Positions 62,910 to 64,000 of a stretch of 64,000 bases of DNA are shown here, in pieces. Within the stretch, counting starts at the first letter, position 1. Every line of letters starts with the position of its first letter. The position numbers and the translations under genes were made by a program. The notes below the pieces were generated by a model that was not told the origin of the DNA, made no database searches, and was given only the letters and a program-made list of their open reading frames with translations. Source of the DNA: Azolla caroliniana (lineage: Eukaryota; Plantae; Polypodiophyta); contig JBHGNT010000018.1 in NCBI GenBank assembly GCA_043228905.1, positions 8,494,001 to 8,558,000 on the forward strand. Direction: 5' to 3'.

Positions 62910-63630
62910 TGTATTTTGTACACTACGTGAAAAACGTATATAGTATTAGATTCAATAAAAAATGAAGAAATAGAAGAAAATAGCAAAATAAATGGAACAT
63001 GCATAGGGCAAGATTCGAACCTTGCACCTCCATGTTAATAATGTAATGTCTTACCATTACACTAGCATTTCATTAGTGTTAAAGCATAGATGTCCCACAT
63101 AGAAAGCTAAATTCACGCTAGGATAAACATTAGAAAAACGCATAACAAAAGAAAAAGCTACACATACACATCTAGCGTGCATGATAAAAAACGCACAAGT
63201 TAGAAAAAAGCATGATCACTTTAGATAAAGCATATAGTCTATCTATAGGAAAAGCATGGGGTCTATAGTTAGAGAAAAAGCATAGATTACTAAGACTTCC
63301 TCATCACTACATAAGGATGGGGAGCACAATGTAATTGTGTGTGAAAAATATTTGGAAACTGGATATGTTTCTAAAAAACACCAATTAATAAACTATACTC
63401 GTGGGATTCACGAGGATTCTATATCATTCTCTTTCAACCCAAATTTATATTCTTATATTCATATTGATTAATCAAATACAATACACTCGTGGGATTCACG
63501 AGTTTGCTATAACTCTTTCTTACAACATATTTATATTCTTATTAGCCTTAAAACTCTCCTCTTCCTAGTCCAAAACCCCAGTGGTTCCCACCCGACTCAC
63601 GCAAACGATCCGGAGCCGAAAGGCACGACA
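62902..63630 (+). repeat. 3' LTR (729 bp)
   Basis: Direct repeat of 60112-60840. Confidence 0.97.
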
Positions 63631-64000
63631 TCGTATCTACGGTTACGTAAATTGGTTTCCCTTCGGCATAGTTGGCCTTCCTTAGTGCCGGAGCTTCAAG
63701 AAGCAGTTTCTTTAATCTTCGCATCGCCTCTGTGTGCTCGTCTCGCCATTCGAACTTTATTCTTTTCTTTAGTAGTCCATATAACGGTTCGGCGACATGA
63801 GCGTAGTGAGGAATCCATATATGATAAAACGCGCACGCTCCAAGGAACCTTCGAACCTCCGTTTGGTTTTCGCATTCTTCTTTCATGTCTTGGATTGCGT
63901 TCACTTTGGATGGCGAGGGCTTCCGGCCGTATGCTCCACACAAGTGACCTACCACCAAGATCTCCGGTTGCCCGAATGCGGATTTTTCTCCCGAAAATGT

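Larger units (their letters stand above)
60112..63630 (+). mobile_element. Very recent non-autonomous gag-only LTR retrotransposon (TR-GAG-like), 3519 bp, 4-bp TSD TCGT
   Basis: Two 729-bp LTRs with no difference seen; TGTCGT..ACGACA termini; TCGT at 60108-60111 and 63631-63634; removal restores host frame VTVDTSPTG. Confidence 0.96.
57637..64000 (-). mobile_element. Non-chromodomain gypsy element (tRNA-Trp lineage by homology): RT end, RNase H, integrase, PPT, 3' LTR 57637-58612; runs off the window
   Basis: VRRFLGAC, VTVDT|SPTG, ETDCLP, NAMADMLSR, H..AGH..C..C, RWFGPY; 12-bp terminal inverted repeat TATCGTGAAGAT/ATCTTCACGACA; integrase core partly deleted. Confidence 0.92.

Noticed and set aside
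62486-63004. Antisense 172-aa ORF or env-like gene
   Set aside because: Mirror of the purine-rich sense ORF, with no recognisable domain or envelope features

Overview
Eukaryotic, gene-free, transposon-saturated DNA: a nested stack of LTR retrotransposons plus LINE remnants and one probable Mutator-like DNA element carrying a PPR gene fragment. The element mix and PPR motif style suggest a non-seed land plant, probably a fern (inference). Identified by eye: (i) several decayed Ty1/copia families, including Tnt1-like copies with tRNA-iMet PBS (13944-19288 with 5-bp TSD; 52521-57636 nearly intact); (ii) two chromodomain-bearing Ty3/gypsy families with no tRNA PBS but Tf1-type self-priming complementarity (Tcn1-like); (iii) a gypsy lineage with tRNA-Trp PBS and 4-bp TSDs. 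The youngest insertion (60112-63630) belongs to this third lineage: identical 729-bp LTRs, no pol, and one open 683-codon gag-derived ORF with acidic then very basic tails. The most unusual signal is a tRNA-like RNA polymerase III module (A box, B box, partial cloverleaf, usually a downstream T-run) in the U3 of LTRs from several gypsy families, always antisense to the element. No intact host gene was found. All alignments were manual; boundaries of decayed fragments are approximate.
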